A DNA stretch of 64,000 nt. Source: Macrostomum lignano (taxonomy: Eukaryota). Made by a program: the position numbers and the translations under genes. The stretch spans positions 248,001-312,000 of the forward strand of contig NIVC01000713.1 of NCBI GenBank assembly GCA_002269645.1, given 5' to 3'. The notes under the pieces were generated by a model that ran no database searches, had not been told where the DNA came from, and saw nothing but the letters and a program-made list of their open reading frames with translations. Below, piece after piece: positions 1 through 12,863 of the stretch. Numbering within the stretch: position 1 is the first letter of the stretch; each line of letters starts with the position of its first letter.

Positions 1-300
1 CAAGAGACAGTGGTACCCACCAAGAGACAGTGGCACCCACCAAAAGAGAGAGGGCGCCCACAAGAGACAGTAACACCCACCAAAATAGAGAGGGGCGCCC
101 ACCAAGAGACAGTCGCACCCACCAAGAGACAGTGGTACCCATCAAGAGACAGTGGCACCCACCAAAAGAGAGAGGGGCGCCCACCAAGAGACAGTAACAC
201 CCACCAAAATAGAGAGGGGTGCCCACCAAGAGACAGTGGCACCCACCAAAAGAGAGAGGGGTGCCCACCAAGAGACATTGGCACCCACCAAAAGTTTCTA
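1..300. repeat. Minisatellite of alternating ~20-21 bp units (cccaccaagagacagtggca / cccaccaaaagagagagggcg)
   Basis: Visible tandem reiteration; ORFs 10-342 and 152-379 are repeat translations. Confidence 0.85.
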
Positions 301-1424
301 CGCCACTTTCCAAAAGCATTCATTGCCCAGTTTTTTTCATAGTTTAGCTAAAAAGACTCTATTTTGGACCATTTATTAATGCTATGTTTGCAATACATAA
401 CTCATATGAAACCATAGGGAGAAGTTCGAAACCAGCTTATGCGGTTTTTCCAATCCAACAACGTATCGGCACTGCAACAAAAATTGACGATTGGCAACTG
501 CGACTTACCAGATATACACGGGAGGACGATTCTGTGGCAGTGCGTCCAGGACAACCAGAGCAATGAATCCCTACTGCGCCTTCTGATGAGCAAAGCTGAC
601 CCAACTTGTGCCGACGTAGCTGGCAGCAGCTGCTTGCATGCGGCGGTGCGTACAACGAAGAAGTCATAAAAGCGCTCATTGACGCAGGAGTAAACGTGAA
701 CGAGCGAACTGAAGACGGCGTTACCGCTTTAATGCGCGTGGCAACCAGCTCAGAACTCTCGGACAGCGAGTCAGTAACAATTGCTGATCTGCTTCTGGAT
801 GCAGGTGCGGACTGGACGATTGAGAGCAATAGCAGCTCTACGGCCCTGAAATTCGCTGTTGAGCACGGAAAGAACAGTCTTGTCAAGCTTCTTTCGCAGT
901 GAGAATTATTTTTGCGAATCAAAAATTATTCATTAAAGCTTCGTTGCTTGATTACAGCAAGTTTTAAAGTACTAAAGTAAAACTAGATCATTTGAAGTCG
1001 GCCAACATCTAAACATACGTTTTGGAGGGTACCATTAGCAAAATTTTTAATAGGTTAACTTAGGACTAGGCTGTACAATTTATGACTTTAAAGCACTTTA
1101 AATGATCTGAATTGTTAATTAAAATCTTAGGACTTTTTGAAGATATTAAGTATTATTTTTGTTTTCGATAATCGATGCACTTTATTCTTACTCTTAACTT
1201 TGTGCATTATTTTCCTCCATTTTAGATATGAAGGGAGATCGTATTTCGAAGTGGCTGGGTAAGGCTCGAAACTAGCTAGCTACTGTAGTTGCTTACTTTT
1301 TCTATAGCTACTTTATTGTTTTCTTGAATCGTACGAGCGTACGGCACGGAAAACCCATGAAGGTCATTTACCGATTTAAAACTTATTAGGCTGAGAAATA
1401 CTGTGACTGTACCGGCAACCAAAC

Positions 1425-1625
1425 GTTGTCACAGACAGTCCCATAGACCATCCTTGCCACAGACATTCCCGTAGACCATCCGTTCACAGACAGTCCATAG
1501 ACATTCCGTGACCATCACAGACATTCCCGTAGACCATCCGTTCCCGTAGACCATCACAGACATTCCCGTAGACCATCCGTGTCACAGACATTCCCATAAA
1601 AAATCCTGGCCACAGGCAGTCACCT
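1425..1625. repeat. Intronic tandem repeat (cacagacattcccgtagaccatccgt-like)
   Basis: Several degenerate copies visible. Confidence 0.75.
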
Positions 1626-3858
1626 GCATAAAAACAAATATCAAACAGTACTATAGACTATAATTGCTACAGAGAACTAGTGCAGAAACCACTTTTTAAC
1701 AAAGTCTGAATAATTCACACTCTGAATGTTGCTTTTGAATTACAACATTCGAGAAAGAAACCCAACTGGAAGAACCAATGATTCACGATCAGCGCAAACG
1801 TTGTTATTCATATAGTCAAACCGTTACTAAAGTAAAATTTCCGGCATTTATTATATTAAACAAACATGCTTCTACAACACAATATTTTAGAGCAAGTCAA
1901 GCAAGACACTCTTTAACAAGCATCGTTACTGCCTCAGCTCCAGCCAAAGCCCTTGAGTACTCAATGGTGCAACTCCAGAAGACGCAGCCTCCTAAAAGAC
2001 GTCTTGAAGGGTCCATGGAGGAAGATATTCTGCGAAAGTCTGAATCCTCTGAAGCTACTAGTTTAAAATATGAGACGGAAAAATAAAGAAGCGCATTCGT
2101 CCTCAAGGTCCTTCACACCGCCCGAAAGCGATTTTGGAAGAAAACACAGATTTTTCGAGTTTAAGGCTATTAAAAGAATCAGGAAATGAACGACAACTGC
2201 TTCCTTCACACAGTGCAGTTCACACTGAAGAATTAGATGAAGAATCTCGTGACATTGGTGCGCCGACTTCTGCTGACACTGAAGGATCAGACAGAGAATT
2301 TTGTGATATTGGTGCACCGACCTCAGCTCACACTGAAGAAGCAGACAAAGACTCTCTCACTAATCGTCCAGTGTCGTCAATTAATCCGAAGAAAAAACAA
2401 GAGCAATGCTTTATCACTACTCCGCTTATCCGTGCAGCATCTTCAATTCACCCTGAAAGAGTAGAAGGAGAATCCAATTTTGCTTTAACGCTGCAACAAA
2501 TTCGTTCGGAAAGAGAAAAAAGGGCAAGCAGAATTGATGAGTCCGATCTAGAGTCGGAACAAGAAACGAGTACTCCTAAACGACAGCAATCTATTTCCGC
2601 TGAGGAAATCGAGCGCTTGTTCGATGCGGAAGAGCCGGACAAAGTTCTGAATGAGAAGTGGAGCCGGGGCACTAACGAGACTCCTCTCATGCTATTGGCA
2701 AAAAGCGATGCAGACCCCGAACTGGCTGTTAAATTATTGAAAGCTGGCGCCTCAATTCGGGCTAAAAATTCACTTGGACAGACGCCGATTTGCATGGCCA
2801 GCACTCAAGGGAACAATAAGTTACTTAAAATTTTTACAAACAAGTCACATATAAAGCATCTTAACGTGGTCGAAGAAGTCAACAAGCCAGACAACTCTCT
2901 TTCGACGCCTCTGATGCACGCGGCCGCGAATAACCATCCAGATACGGTGAAGTTGCTGCATAGCATGGGAGCCGATGTAAAGAAAGTGGTAAGAACTTAT
3001 TGATGCTTACATAACTATGATTTAAGTTGCGTCCAGGCCCATCTCGCCTATTGCGTCCTCGCCTAAATTACTAATAGGACCGGTGCAAGCTTACCGCCCT
3101 AGCGCACGCCGCCAAGCGGGGGTCGCAAAACTGTGTGGCCATCCTGATCGATATCGGAGCCGAGGCAAACACCAAAGACTTCTGCGACAACACGCCTCTA
3201 ATTTGGGCCGCTAGGGGAAATTACCTGGAAGTGATCAAGGAATTGAGTCGAGTTCCGGAGCTTGAGTGGACTCATCGAGGGGAGTACAAGATGACAGCGT
3301 TGGAATGGGCCAAGTTCAATAAATTTCAGGACTGCTGCGATCTCATCCAACAGAGGTAAATGCAACAATTCTTCCAGGAAAGTTAACGTGCCTCACGGAT
3401 ATTTTAGACCTGTAATTTTTTACGAGCGTAGGCTGCAAGAGTCCATTAAGTCGAGCCATGTAATTATTCGAGTCGATTTACGCAGAAAGAAGATCGAACT
3501 TAAGTGATTTTTGTCATAAGGACATTCGAAAATTTTCATAAATAGGGTCAGTATTACCTAACTCGCTCATACTATTAGGAACTTCTTTCACCTTCACGCT
3601 TTGTACAACCCGCTTCGTAAGCATGTAAGCCCCTGGCAAAGACCAATTATTTGAACAGTAGCGTCTCTACGCTAGTAGTGGACAATGTGATACAATTTAG
3701 TTAGCCACTGTCATCAATAAACGTAAGCCCCCGAACCCATTTACGTGTACGCTCGTAATAAAAGATTTCAGAGCAATAAGCTAGTAGAATTGTTCACGAA
3801 TTTGAAAATTAATCCTAATTAATTTTGGAGCATAAATGCAAAAAAACATTTATTTTAG

Positions 3859-4715
3859 TATGCCAAACAGTTACCAAAGCGACGCTAGAACATTGGCTAC
3901 AAGTGCCAGAGGTAGCGCTGCTGAGGCTGGAGATGAGAACGGGGCTCCGTGGAGCGAAGCTACTGCGGCGGCTGCTCCTTCCGTCGTTCCTCCATCGCTA
4001 CCGCCAACAGCACCGCCAATGCCGCTGCCTCCCAATCGATACTCCATGGACAGACCCACAAGAGGCATTGCAATTATAATAAACAATGTTAACTTCAACA
4101 CTGCGAGTCTACTCGAAGGCATGGAGCAATGAACGATAGCCACGAGACGGGGCTGACACAGGCGTTCGAGAGGTTGGGACTGGAAGTAGAAATTCACTGC
4201 AACCTGACAAGTCACTTCTTTACGCACTACCTGCCCGCTATAAACAGGCCTGTGACACAATACCAGCAGCATGATGTTTTTGTATTGTGCGTCATGAGCC
4301 ACGGCCATAACGGCTGCATATTCAGTACAGACGGCCACAGAATCGAACTGGAGTCTTTGTTCAGTCAGGTGCGCGAGTGTCCCGGCCTCCGTGGCAAGCC
4401 GAAGATTTTTATTGTCCAAGCTTGCCGAGTAGTGGTGGGCCTGTGGCGCCGCGAACTCGGGTGCAATGTCTGGAAGACTGCCTGTACATCTACAGCACTT
4501 CCGAGGGTCTGGGGTCGGAGCGAAGTGGTTCAACTGGCGGCATTTTCACTAACATATTCCGTGACGTCATCATGGCGGCCGACCTGCGGTTCGAAGACTT
4601 CAACAACCACCTGTTGCTGCAAGTTGCTAATCAAGTTAATCAAGCAACAGGGGGCCGACAGGTAGTCGAATGGGTAGTTACTCTGCAGAAGCATCTCTAC
4701 TTTCCCCCCAATTAG
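3859..4715 (+). pseudogene. Caspase (peptidase C14) exon, copy 1, two frameshifts
   Basis: ORFs 3836, 4129 and 4377 join into one caspase with His (SHG) and Cys (QACR); phase-2 acceptor ttttag|t. Confidence 0.9.
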
Positions 4716-5934
4716 AGTTCAAAACAGAAATTAAAAGCTAACTGTTGTGTATTGCACACCTTTTCTGTTCGCATCCTCTTATCGCTGTCCTTTGTGTCCA
4801 CGTTTGTCCGGTGTTTGCTTATACGCATATTTGCTGATGCGTTCAATTTGAATTAAAGAATTAATGTAAGTTAAATGAAAAATCCTGAATCCTAACCAAA
4901 CCATAACCCCATCCTAAATCTTAATCCTAATTCTAACCCTAATCATTAGAAACTGCGTAACGGTGTATCGTACTGAATTTATCTACAGTTACTACTGAAA
5001 GTATTTAAAATATTATTTAAGACACAAATAGTTTAGTTTTCGGTGTTTGCCGGACTTTCCTGATTTAAACAAACGATAAAGGTGGAAAATTTTGTGTTGC
5101 TTTTGAAAGGCACAGAGGCTGACTGTGATATTCGAATTTGATGCAACTTGCCGTTGCGTCATAAGTATAAAAAAATCCAACGGTTATTTTGCTTTTTAAA
5201 TGGGTAAAAATGTCAATTCAATTCAAAATGTAGACAGATTTTTCAGGTGTAATGTAATGTTTGTTTTAATAAGGTAGAATTTTTACGCTTGACGCCCTAA
5301 AGTGAATTAACATTCTGCATCCGGTTTGCACCCGGGGTTTGAGCCTGCTTAAACTCGTTCTTAAAATAAACCGGAAGCAAACCGGAAGGACGCGGATGGG
5401 ACGATACCTCAACCGGATTGGACCCCGATGATTTTAAGCTATAAATAGCTATCAATATGCATTACTGTCTTAAATGTAAATCACAAAGCAAGACCAGTTC
5501 TGAAGTTTTGCTGCTTTAAAGAATTTTTTTAAATCGTTGAGCTGAACTTTCCTCTCCAGCTTTTCGCCCATTTTTTGCAGAATCTCGCGAGAGTATCAGG
5601 AATTAAATCTAGCCTTTCATGACGTTCCAACGATTATTTAACGAATGTCCTATTTTATAGATAGCTAGCTAACTGCTTGTATCACTTTTCTGACAATTTT
5701 ACAAATATTTTTTATATTCCTCATTTTTTAAGTGCCATTAAATGCCAATTTTTACTCTTAACAAATATTTTTAAATCTTTCCGACCATTTTGTTTAATTT
5801 GTTACAACGAATCAATTATTTTCTGGAGTTTTTGCTGAGATCTTGATAAAAAATTAAATAAAAACTTTGCTTTATAAAAAATGATAAATTCTTATTTTGT
5901 GTTTTATTTTACGCTTCGATCGATCCGTCCGTGC

Positions 5935-6700
5935 GGACCGCGCATACGGGGTGATCGGGGTTTGGGTACGGGACTGCCCAGAGCTTGCCGGGTATATAAG
6001 CGGGAGAGCGGCAACCCCCTAGGCGTACTTAGGGGCGCAAGTGGAGGGCTGAGAGCGTACAGACACTCAGCAGCAGCAGAGGTTTCTGGAGGTTCCAGTC
6101 TCTGGAGGCGTACACGGACATTTCGCAGACCCGAATAAAGACTGTGACGAGAGAAGAGAATACTTGGAAGACGAAAAATAAATAAAGAACAACACTCTGT
6201 ACTTTCGGGATGGGTAACTCTCGCTGCTGCGCTTATGCAGTCTGGCTTTGCCTTGTCGCTTTAATTCGTTTTGCTCTGACTATGTACTAAGTACGTAGTG
6301 GTAGAGGGAGCAGAAGAGGCTAGAGGCATGGGGAGGGCGAGAGCCGGGCGAGGGCCGTGCGCGCACGTAAATACTTGGTGAGAGCAAGGGGTTGGGTGGG
6401 CTAAGCCACGCAGGGCTGGGGACGGGGGGTGTTGAAGAGAGAGAAAGAATTGGGGGAAGGCTGGCCAATCAGGGGCCTGCGCGGCGAGAGACATGATTGG
6501 ACTGGCCCAAACGGGAGAGAGACAGCCAGCCAGTAAAAATGAAAACAAAAAATAAAATGAAGAATGGCAGCTTAAGACAGGGGGGGCAGACCAGAATGTA
6601 AACCAGCGGCAGGGAGAGGAGAGGCGGAGAGCACAGTAGTCGGGGCAAGGGCATTGTAAGGCGCAGCTCACAACATATGCACTACATTTATATCGGTGCC
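5935..6700. mobile_element. GC-rich island, possible LTR or terminal-repeat remnant
   Basis: TATA-like gtatataag (~5992), AATAAA (~6135) and CCAAT in a GC-rich non-coding island within AT-rich DNA; no termini or TSD found. Confidence 0.3.
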
Positions 6701-7391
6701 AGCATTTTGGCGAATCCCTGCATGGTATTGGCTGAAAGTAGCACCGTTTCAGCGCAGCTTTAAATGGGATTTTCGCATGCAATATGTCAATTGATATGCG
6801 CTCTGTTAACTAAATTTACGCCACTGTTGGTGCAGGAAAACCTATATGTACGAGTATTTAGTGGTTTCATAAAATTACAATTATATTAAAGCAAGCATTA
6901 AGTGTATAGTATAGGATAAGTCTGGTCGGAACTTTATAATAGCTCGTTAGTTTTCCCCCACACAAACCCTTCAAAATGTTCGCATCAAATAATAAATAAT
7001 GCGCCGCTCCCAGACTCGCAATCCTGGCCGATTCTCACGGACCTTCCTGCTGGACGTGCTGGTGCGTCTTCTGAATTATCTTAGTATTGGATGGACATGT
7101 AGTTGAATCCCCGTCCCAAATAAGACATAAGACCCTTAAAGTGGAAACAGACTTTTAGGGCGGCCTGCACTCACCATTTACAATGCCCGTCATCAAGCAC
7201 TTGTGGTTTTTTGTAAGGGTGCAGGCCTCCACAACTGCTGCACTGCACCACGCTCTGATTACATTGCAATTTCCTAATTTCCTGATCTAACCTTACCTAA
7301 ATCCTATTCTTAATAGTCCCTCTAAATAATATTGGATTAAATATATATGATTCTCAGGCGCACAAGCGCGCGGATACGTACGCAGTCATAC

Positions 7392-7608
7392 GCACAGGCA
7401 TACACTCACACAGGAGTGTACAGCGGCCCTAACTTTATTCATTGTTATGGCAAGTACATTTCACTGTGCCTTGGGGGTTGGCCCTCAAGGCCGTTACGAG
7501 CAGAGCAAAGCCGAGATTCCAATTTAGCCCCAAATTAATGTGACTGCACTTGGAATCGAGCCAGATCAGAGCTCCGCGCTGCTGGACCACTGTGCTGGGC
7601 TACGGCCC
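7392..7608 (-). mobile_element. tRNA-derived SINE, copy 1
   Basis: Minus strand starts GGCCGTAGCCCAGCACAGTGG (A-box-like) ... GGCTCGATTCC (B-box-like); body closely similar to 36109-36343. Confidence 0.7.
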
Positions 7609-8326
7609 CCGTACGGCTACGGAGAGGGCCGAGGAAGAGATCGGAGGAAGAGACGGGGAGGAAGGTTGTCGGAGAGTCCAGCTAGAGAACGCAAACATAT
7701 TCTAATACGCTATTGCTCAGAGGTTTAGGCGATCTGTAGCTGTAGCTGGACAAACAGCCAGCTAGTCGATCCCAGATAAATAGCCCTTGGGAGAGAAGCA
7801 GCATTTTTTGTCAAAACATTGAAAAGCGGAGCGGTTGCCATGGGAACGGCTGTTCTTTTGGACAATGAGACACTCCTGAGTGAGGATCTAGGGTGGCGGA
7901 TAAAGTTTTACACTTTACTAGTGAATAAAATTTTATTCCCCCTGCCTACCATTCTCTCTCCGCCCGCATCCCGCATCCAACGCAACTGAACTGCTGCCCG
8001 TCACTGCACTCAGCATTGGCTATTAAATTCCATAGACTGAATGACTGCTCATTTCAAACCACTGGACCAGCTTCAATTTTAATAGGGGAAAATATAATGA
8101 CGTGTACGAGCGTAGCCATGGCAACCGCCGTTGAGTGACGTTTTTTAGTTTTACAATAGACAAGCATCCTCTACCTCTTTAGTGTAAGGGCTGACAAATT
8201 TGCTACAGCTCAGTACTCAGGGAGGAATCCGCTTATTTTTGGTGAGTTTGTGCTCTATTGCCTATATACAATAACATCCAATTCAAAATCTCTTAATGAT
8301 GAAATTTTTAACACCAAGAATCGAAC

Positions 8327-9061
8327 ATGACTCGCAGAATGAAACATCATCTTGCGACCATTATTTCTGTGTGCTTGATGGCTGCCGTAGCCGTAAGAGG
8401 CTTCCGTCCAGACTGTACATTTCACCGCGGCCAGAACGAGCAGTGCTGTCGCTCCATCGGAGTTTCTCATCGGCTGCGGCTTCAGACCGGACTGCTTCGG
8501 CTTCTACTGGCTGCTCGGAGCGTGTCGGCTGTTCAACTTGCAGGCGTTTTTCAACGCTAGAGCATGGGTCAGCACCGGCACGTCTTCGTGGCCGGTAGGT
8601 CAGCTGCATAGATTTTTATCTACTTGGAAGTTGGCTTTAAAAATTAAAAAAATGAGTTCAACTAAACATGCAGATGAAATTCACCGGATTACCTCAACGT
8701 CAAACTCAAAGCGTTTGTCGTTTTCGGGCTGCGGCCAGAGCTCAACCGAACCGGTCTATCCCTACCCCTTCAATGGAGCCATCGACGGCAATACAAGTAG
8801 TGGGAGGGCAGCTTTACAGCCCAGTCATTTGTGACTTTCGTCACCATCTACAACAGGCAGGGCTGCTGCGCTGAAAGGCTCAACAAGTTCGACCTGCAAG
8901 TGGACGGGTCCATGTCCAACCAGGTGAACGTCAGCGTGCCGTTCTCCGTGGCCAACTTCACCTGCAACGCCTTCGTCTCTCGAATCCGAGTCGTGAGTCG
9001 CAGCGACCCGCCTTTAGCCCTTACCATTTGCGAGCTCATGGCGTTTGGAAATTCAATCTGA
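8327..9061 (+). pseudogene. Secreted PAN/apple-like + F-type lectin (fucolectin) gene, frameshifted and internally deleted
   Basis: Signal peptide (LATIISVCLMAAVAVRG); PAN-like RPDCFGFYWLLGACRLF; F-lectin QSST..AIDGN, VTIYNRQGCCAERL, LTICELMAFG. The segment normally carrying the HT and WW motifs is absent; several frame breaks; probable intron ~8595-8673. Confidence 0.75.
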
Positions 9062-9219
9062 TGTAGGAGCAATACTGTACATGAGCCAGTTTGATCAGAA
9101 TAGGCTGGAGCTGCGTCAGAATGTCAGATAATCAAACATCCTGCCCCCACTAATCTTTGCGCACCTCCCCTTCCTTCCTTGTGGTTCCTGTCCCCCGTGA
9201 TGACTCATCCCAATGATGA

Positions 9220-10070
9220 CTCATGTTTATCGCCCACCGTACTCCCCCAAGCAACAACTTTATATTGTTCGAATTCATAATTCATGCGTGTGACAGCTTT
9301 ACGACCCCCCATATCTCCCCAAGCTTTTCCCCGCCTATTACAATACATGCACGTAATCCCCTATTATCAATCATTTTCTTCGCTGCGCCCCACCCCAACT
9401 TCTTGTCCAATCACAGTGCGCGGTTGGTGGGTGACGTCATCAGGGTTGCTTGGTAATGGAGGTCAAGGACAGGTCACCGCCTTCAATGCCACTCATCACG
9501 CTCACGTAATCACCCTACACGCGTGGACTCATGGCTATAAATAACTTCTAGTGGTCCTTGTTTGGGATCTTCTTGGCAGCAACGCAGCTACCACACCATC
9601 CAAAGGCGTACAAAGTCTGGTAGACGAGGCCTTGCTAGCGGCTGTACCTTTCAGCGCCAGAGCCCAGAGGTTGCACACTGTACAGGTGTTTCAATGCAGC
9701 CCGGGTTACGTCACAATACTTAAAATTGCATACGAGCGTGCAGCATACATGTAGCTTTTAAAATCCCTCTCGGCACATTGGGAAATTTTACTAGGCTATT
9801 ACTCGTCACACTAAGCAATTGCCCAATGGGTGATTTTACTGCCTTCCTGAATTACCTTAGTATCTACTGAGAAGTTTTACATGTAGATGCGTGCCAGCCT
9901 CGAGTATGCAGAGCTGCAGACTATAGAGAAGACCCTGACACTGCACCCAGCTTCTTGTCTTGTCGAACGACAATCCAACGACCAAGAAGTTGCCAAAGAC
10001 ACAAATTAAAGTAAGAGTGGGCTTGTGCATTGTGTGGATCATCCGATGAGTCTCATCTGGACTGGAGCTC
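9220..10070 (-). mobile_element. Highly degraded Penelope-like element (RT and GIY-YIG relics)
   Basis: Minus frames give QEAGCSVRVFSIVCSSAYSRLARIYM (RT QxxGxxMGSP..ANxYM-like) and GITCMYCNRR...GGRKAVTRM (GIY-YIG-like), with stops. Confidence 0.45.
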
Positions 10071-10480
10071 AAGCAAGAGTCCTATCCAGTAATTGAGTAA
10101 AGCAAGTAACACAAAAATTAGATACCAGACGGTATTTAAATTACATTTACATGTTTACATGTGCTGGAGCTAAATGGAGCAGATACATACAGTATTTGTT
10201 ATGGCACGTACATGAATGTACTGTATTTATACTTACATATACTTAAAGTGTTTGAACATTTGATATTTTATCGTCAAGTTGGCTTCTGTAGCGACATATT
10301 TTTTTCAACTACAAGTGTAATTATATTATGTGATGAGGACGCACCTTTTTTCAATCTTAGAACCGCACATTTTGCTTCGATGCGCTTTTCCCCTACTGTC
10401 AGTAGGCCAGCTTAGGAATTTCTCTCCATTCTCTCATCTAGGCTAAGTTCTATACTAATTTATGCCATTACTATTAGTTA

Positions 10481-11960
10481 TGTTAGAAACTCAATGTACT
10501 TCTCTTAGGATTCTAATTTTGGATTGTTTACGCACCTTTGAAGGTCAGACTGTCTGGGTTTGAGACGGATTGACCTCCAACAGTCTAGACAGGCGACACC
10601 AAGTCTGGGAGGAACGTTTTTAACCCCATTCTGACTCCCAGATTTGCGGCTTTTTCACTGTTTTCAGTGATTTATGGCCGTCTAGCTGTCACTTTTGGCT
10701 CCAGCTTGTCTGGGTCAAAGAGGTCTTTCCAGCTTTCTCCCCACTCGCTCTGTTACCTTCTCCTTTGGTTTATGGGCGTTTTGCAGTCACTTTTGGCGCC
10801 AGTAGGATGTCTAGACAAGTGACTTTTATTCGGTTTTGCTCATGATTTATGACCGCACCTGTCAGCTCCCCTGGGGTCTGAAGGCCACCTGGTGGAGTGG
10901 GTTTTGGGGTCTTGAACTCAGCCAATCAGAGTCGACCTGACTGCCCCGGCTCGACCAATCAGAAAATTCGGCGCCTATTTTAACAAAAGCTCTCAGCCAA
11001 TCGGAAAATTCGGCGTGCGTAATAACAAATCGGCCGCGTGAGAGCTATAAAAGGCGGCGACTCGACCCGCGCTCGAGTAAACCGTCCTCGGACACCCAGG
11101 GACCCTTTGCTTTCACGACCCTTCAGGTGTTTCCGGGCTTGCTGGTATCTTGTTCCGGCTGCCCCTTCGGCATCTGGTCCCCCTTCCCCCGGCAGCTTCG
11201 GCTTCAGCAGCTAATTTTTCCCTCGGGAGACGTCACCAGTCTTTCCCGGCCGCGAACCAAAAGCAGCACCGACCATCGGCAAGTGAAGAGTAGCGGCAGC
11301 GATCGTCAGTCAAGATCAGCAGCAGCATCCCGTCTGAGCGCTGCGGTCTCTGTGGATTCCTTGGCTACCGGCAGATAGGTCCTCTGATTGGTTGGGTGAG
11401 AGGCTTTCTTGACCTGCTTAACTGGGTGCACCCTTTGTCTGACCCCTTCCTAGGTAGTCTGATAGGATTTGCACTTTTGCTTACTTGCTTTTGTGTGTCA
11501 ATCTCGAGGCAGAAGTGTCAGTTAATATTAAAAGTAGCCATTCGCTCCAACTCAATCTAAAGTGTTTAGGATTGCGGATTAAGTGAGAAAGTTAAATCTG
11601 GAAGTTAAAGACTTAGCGTTTTCTTTCTTTTTCGCAATGCCAGCTGAGATGAGTGGCTAAATCTAGAGGTAGAGGTCACGGTGGACCGGAGGCGGCGCAG
11701 TTCCCAGTCAATCAGTCGATCTCAGAAATCATGATAAGCATGCGAATTAAGTGCCAGACTGGTGCTTTCGCGCAGTCTCAGGCAGCTAAGCGGCTATAAA
11801 ACGAGATAAATATTAGTCTAAAGATCTCCGAAAGTGAAAATGCATCTACATCATCGCTATCTGTCGACGTGTTAACACATTTAGTGCCAAAAGCGTGCAG
11901 TTGCGTGTACTTATAAATGTACTTCTGGGAATTTGGTAATGAAATAGTGCATTTAGTAGT
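10481..11960 (+). mobile_element. Probable LTR-like remnant of a second element
   Basis: Starts TGTTAG; repeated CCAAT boxes (10920-11005) and TATAAAAG (~11047); non-coding; no matching end or TSD found. Confidence 0.35.
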
Positions 11961-11969
11961 GTATGAAGG

Positions 11970-12840
11970 TGTGACGTTGTCAGTTTAAGGTGGTCCCGAA
12001 AAGGGCCGTTGGACTGCTGTTCCTCTATAGCTTCAGACTATGGAGAAACAGCAGTCCATAGTCATTCAACCCTTCAGTTTCACCGTTTCAACTAAACTTT
12101 TCCATCCGTTTATTGCGACGTTTACTTGTAGTAGTGCCCAACGATTTTGTGGCAATTTCTAATTCACTGTATATTTTGCTATCCTCTCTCGCGACCGTAT
12201 AAAAATGGCACGATCGATAATTTTAAGTTCTCTCGCCAGCCAATGAAATCACTCGTGCTCGCGCTACCCCCCCTCTGCGCTCCCTTGTTAAACCCTCGCC
12301 TGGCGGGCTGGGGGCTTCACTTGCCTGCTTGTGTTCTCTCTCCCTGTCTGTCCTTGGCCTTGTGTGTGTTTTTGCGTTCTTGTCTGGCTGCCTCGAGCCT
12401 CCTTATTTCTCGCCACGGCCCCTCTGTCTGGGCCAGCCTACTCACACACTTACTTGACTGCCTCACGCCACGGCTGACGCCAACCTCGCCACTGCTCATC
12501 TGCCTGACTACTACGTCTCCCTGCCTTCTCTGTACTCATTGCCATTGATCATCACGTTACGTCGCCATTACATCACTCGTCTGTCGCTTGAACTCACATC
12601 CAATTTATCTTGAAAGAAACCATTGTTGCAGCCGCCAGTGCCCAGAAAACCATAGTTTGTTATTTGCCAGTAACAACCAAACTTACTATTTATATTGATA
12701 ATAAAAACGACTACGGCAGTTTCCTGCCCTTATTGCCAAGTGCTCCGCTACACCATCCACTTCGCCTGAGTTGACTCCAACTTATTTTGGGACTAAAACG
12801 GCCCTTTTAAGGGTCACGGCCAACATCAAATAACGTGACA
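11970..12840 (+). repeat. 5' LTR of the Gypsy element
   Basis: TG...CA with imperfect terminal inverted repeats TGTGACGTT / AACGTGACA, directly followed by the PBS. Confidence 0.8.
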
Positions 12841-12846
12841 TAATTT

Positions 12847-12863
12847 TGGAGGTCCCACCGAGA
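12847..12863 (+). promoter_or_regulatory. Primer-binding site complementary to the tRNA-Gln 3' end
   Basis: TGGAGGTCCCACCGAGA is the reverse complement of UCUCGGUGGGACCUCCA (animal tRNA-Gln 3' end); 6 nt after the LTR CA. Confidence 0.85.

Larger units (their letters stand above)
418..4715 (+). pseudogene. Ankyrin-repeat caspase gene, copy 1 (3' part; exons 418-898, 1226-1258, 1891-2988, 3078-3355, 3859-4715), interrupted by four 1-nt indels
   Basis: Ankyrin motifs (GRTILW, SCLHAAV, GVTALMRVA, NETPLMLLA, GQTPICMAS, STPLMHAA, NTPLIWAA) then a caspase domain (RGIAIIINN, MSHG, GKPKIFIVQACR, DCLYIYST). GT-AG junctions have phases 2,2,0,2 as in copy 3. Frame breaks near 650, 2080, 4110, 4430. The 418 acceptor is weak. 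Confidence 0.75.

Noticed and set aside
7392-7608. Functional tRNA genes here and at 36109-36343
   Set aside because: Only A- and B-box-like heads; no complete cloverleaf; each is attached to a shared non-tRNA body, so SINE.
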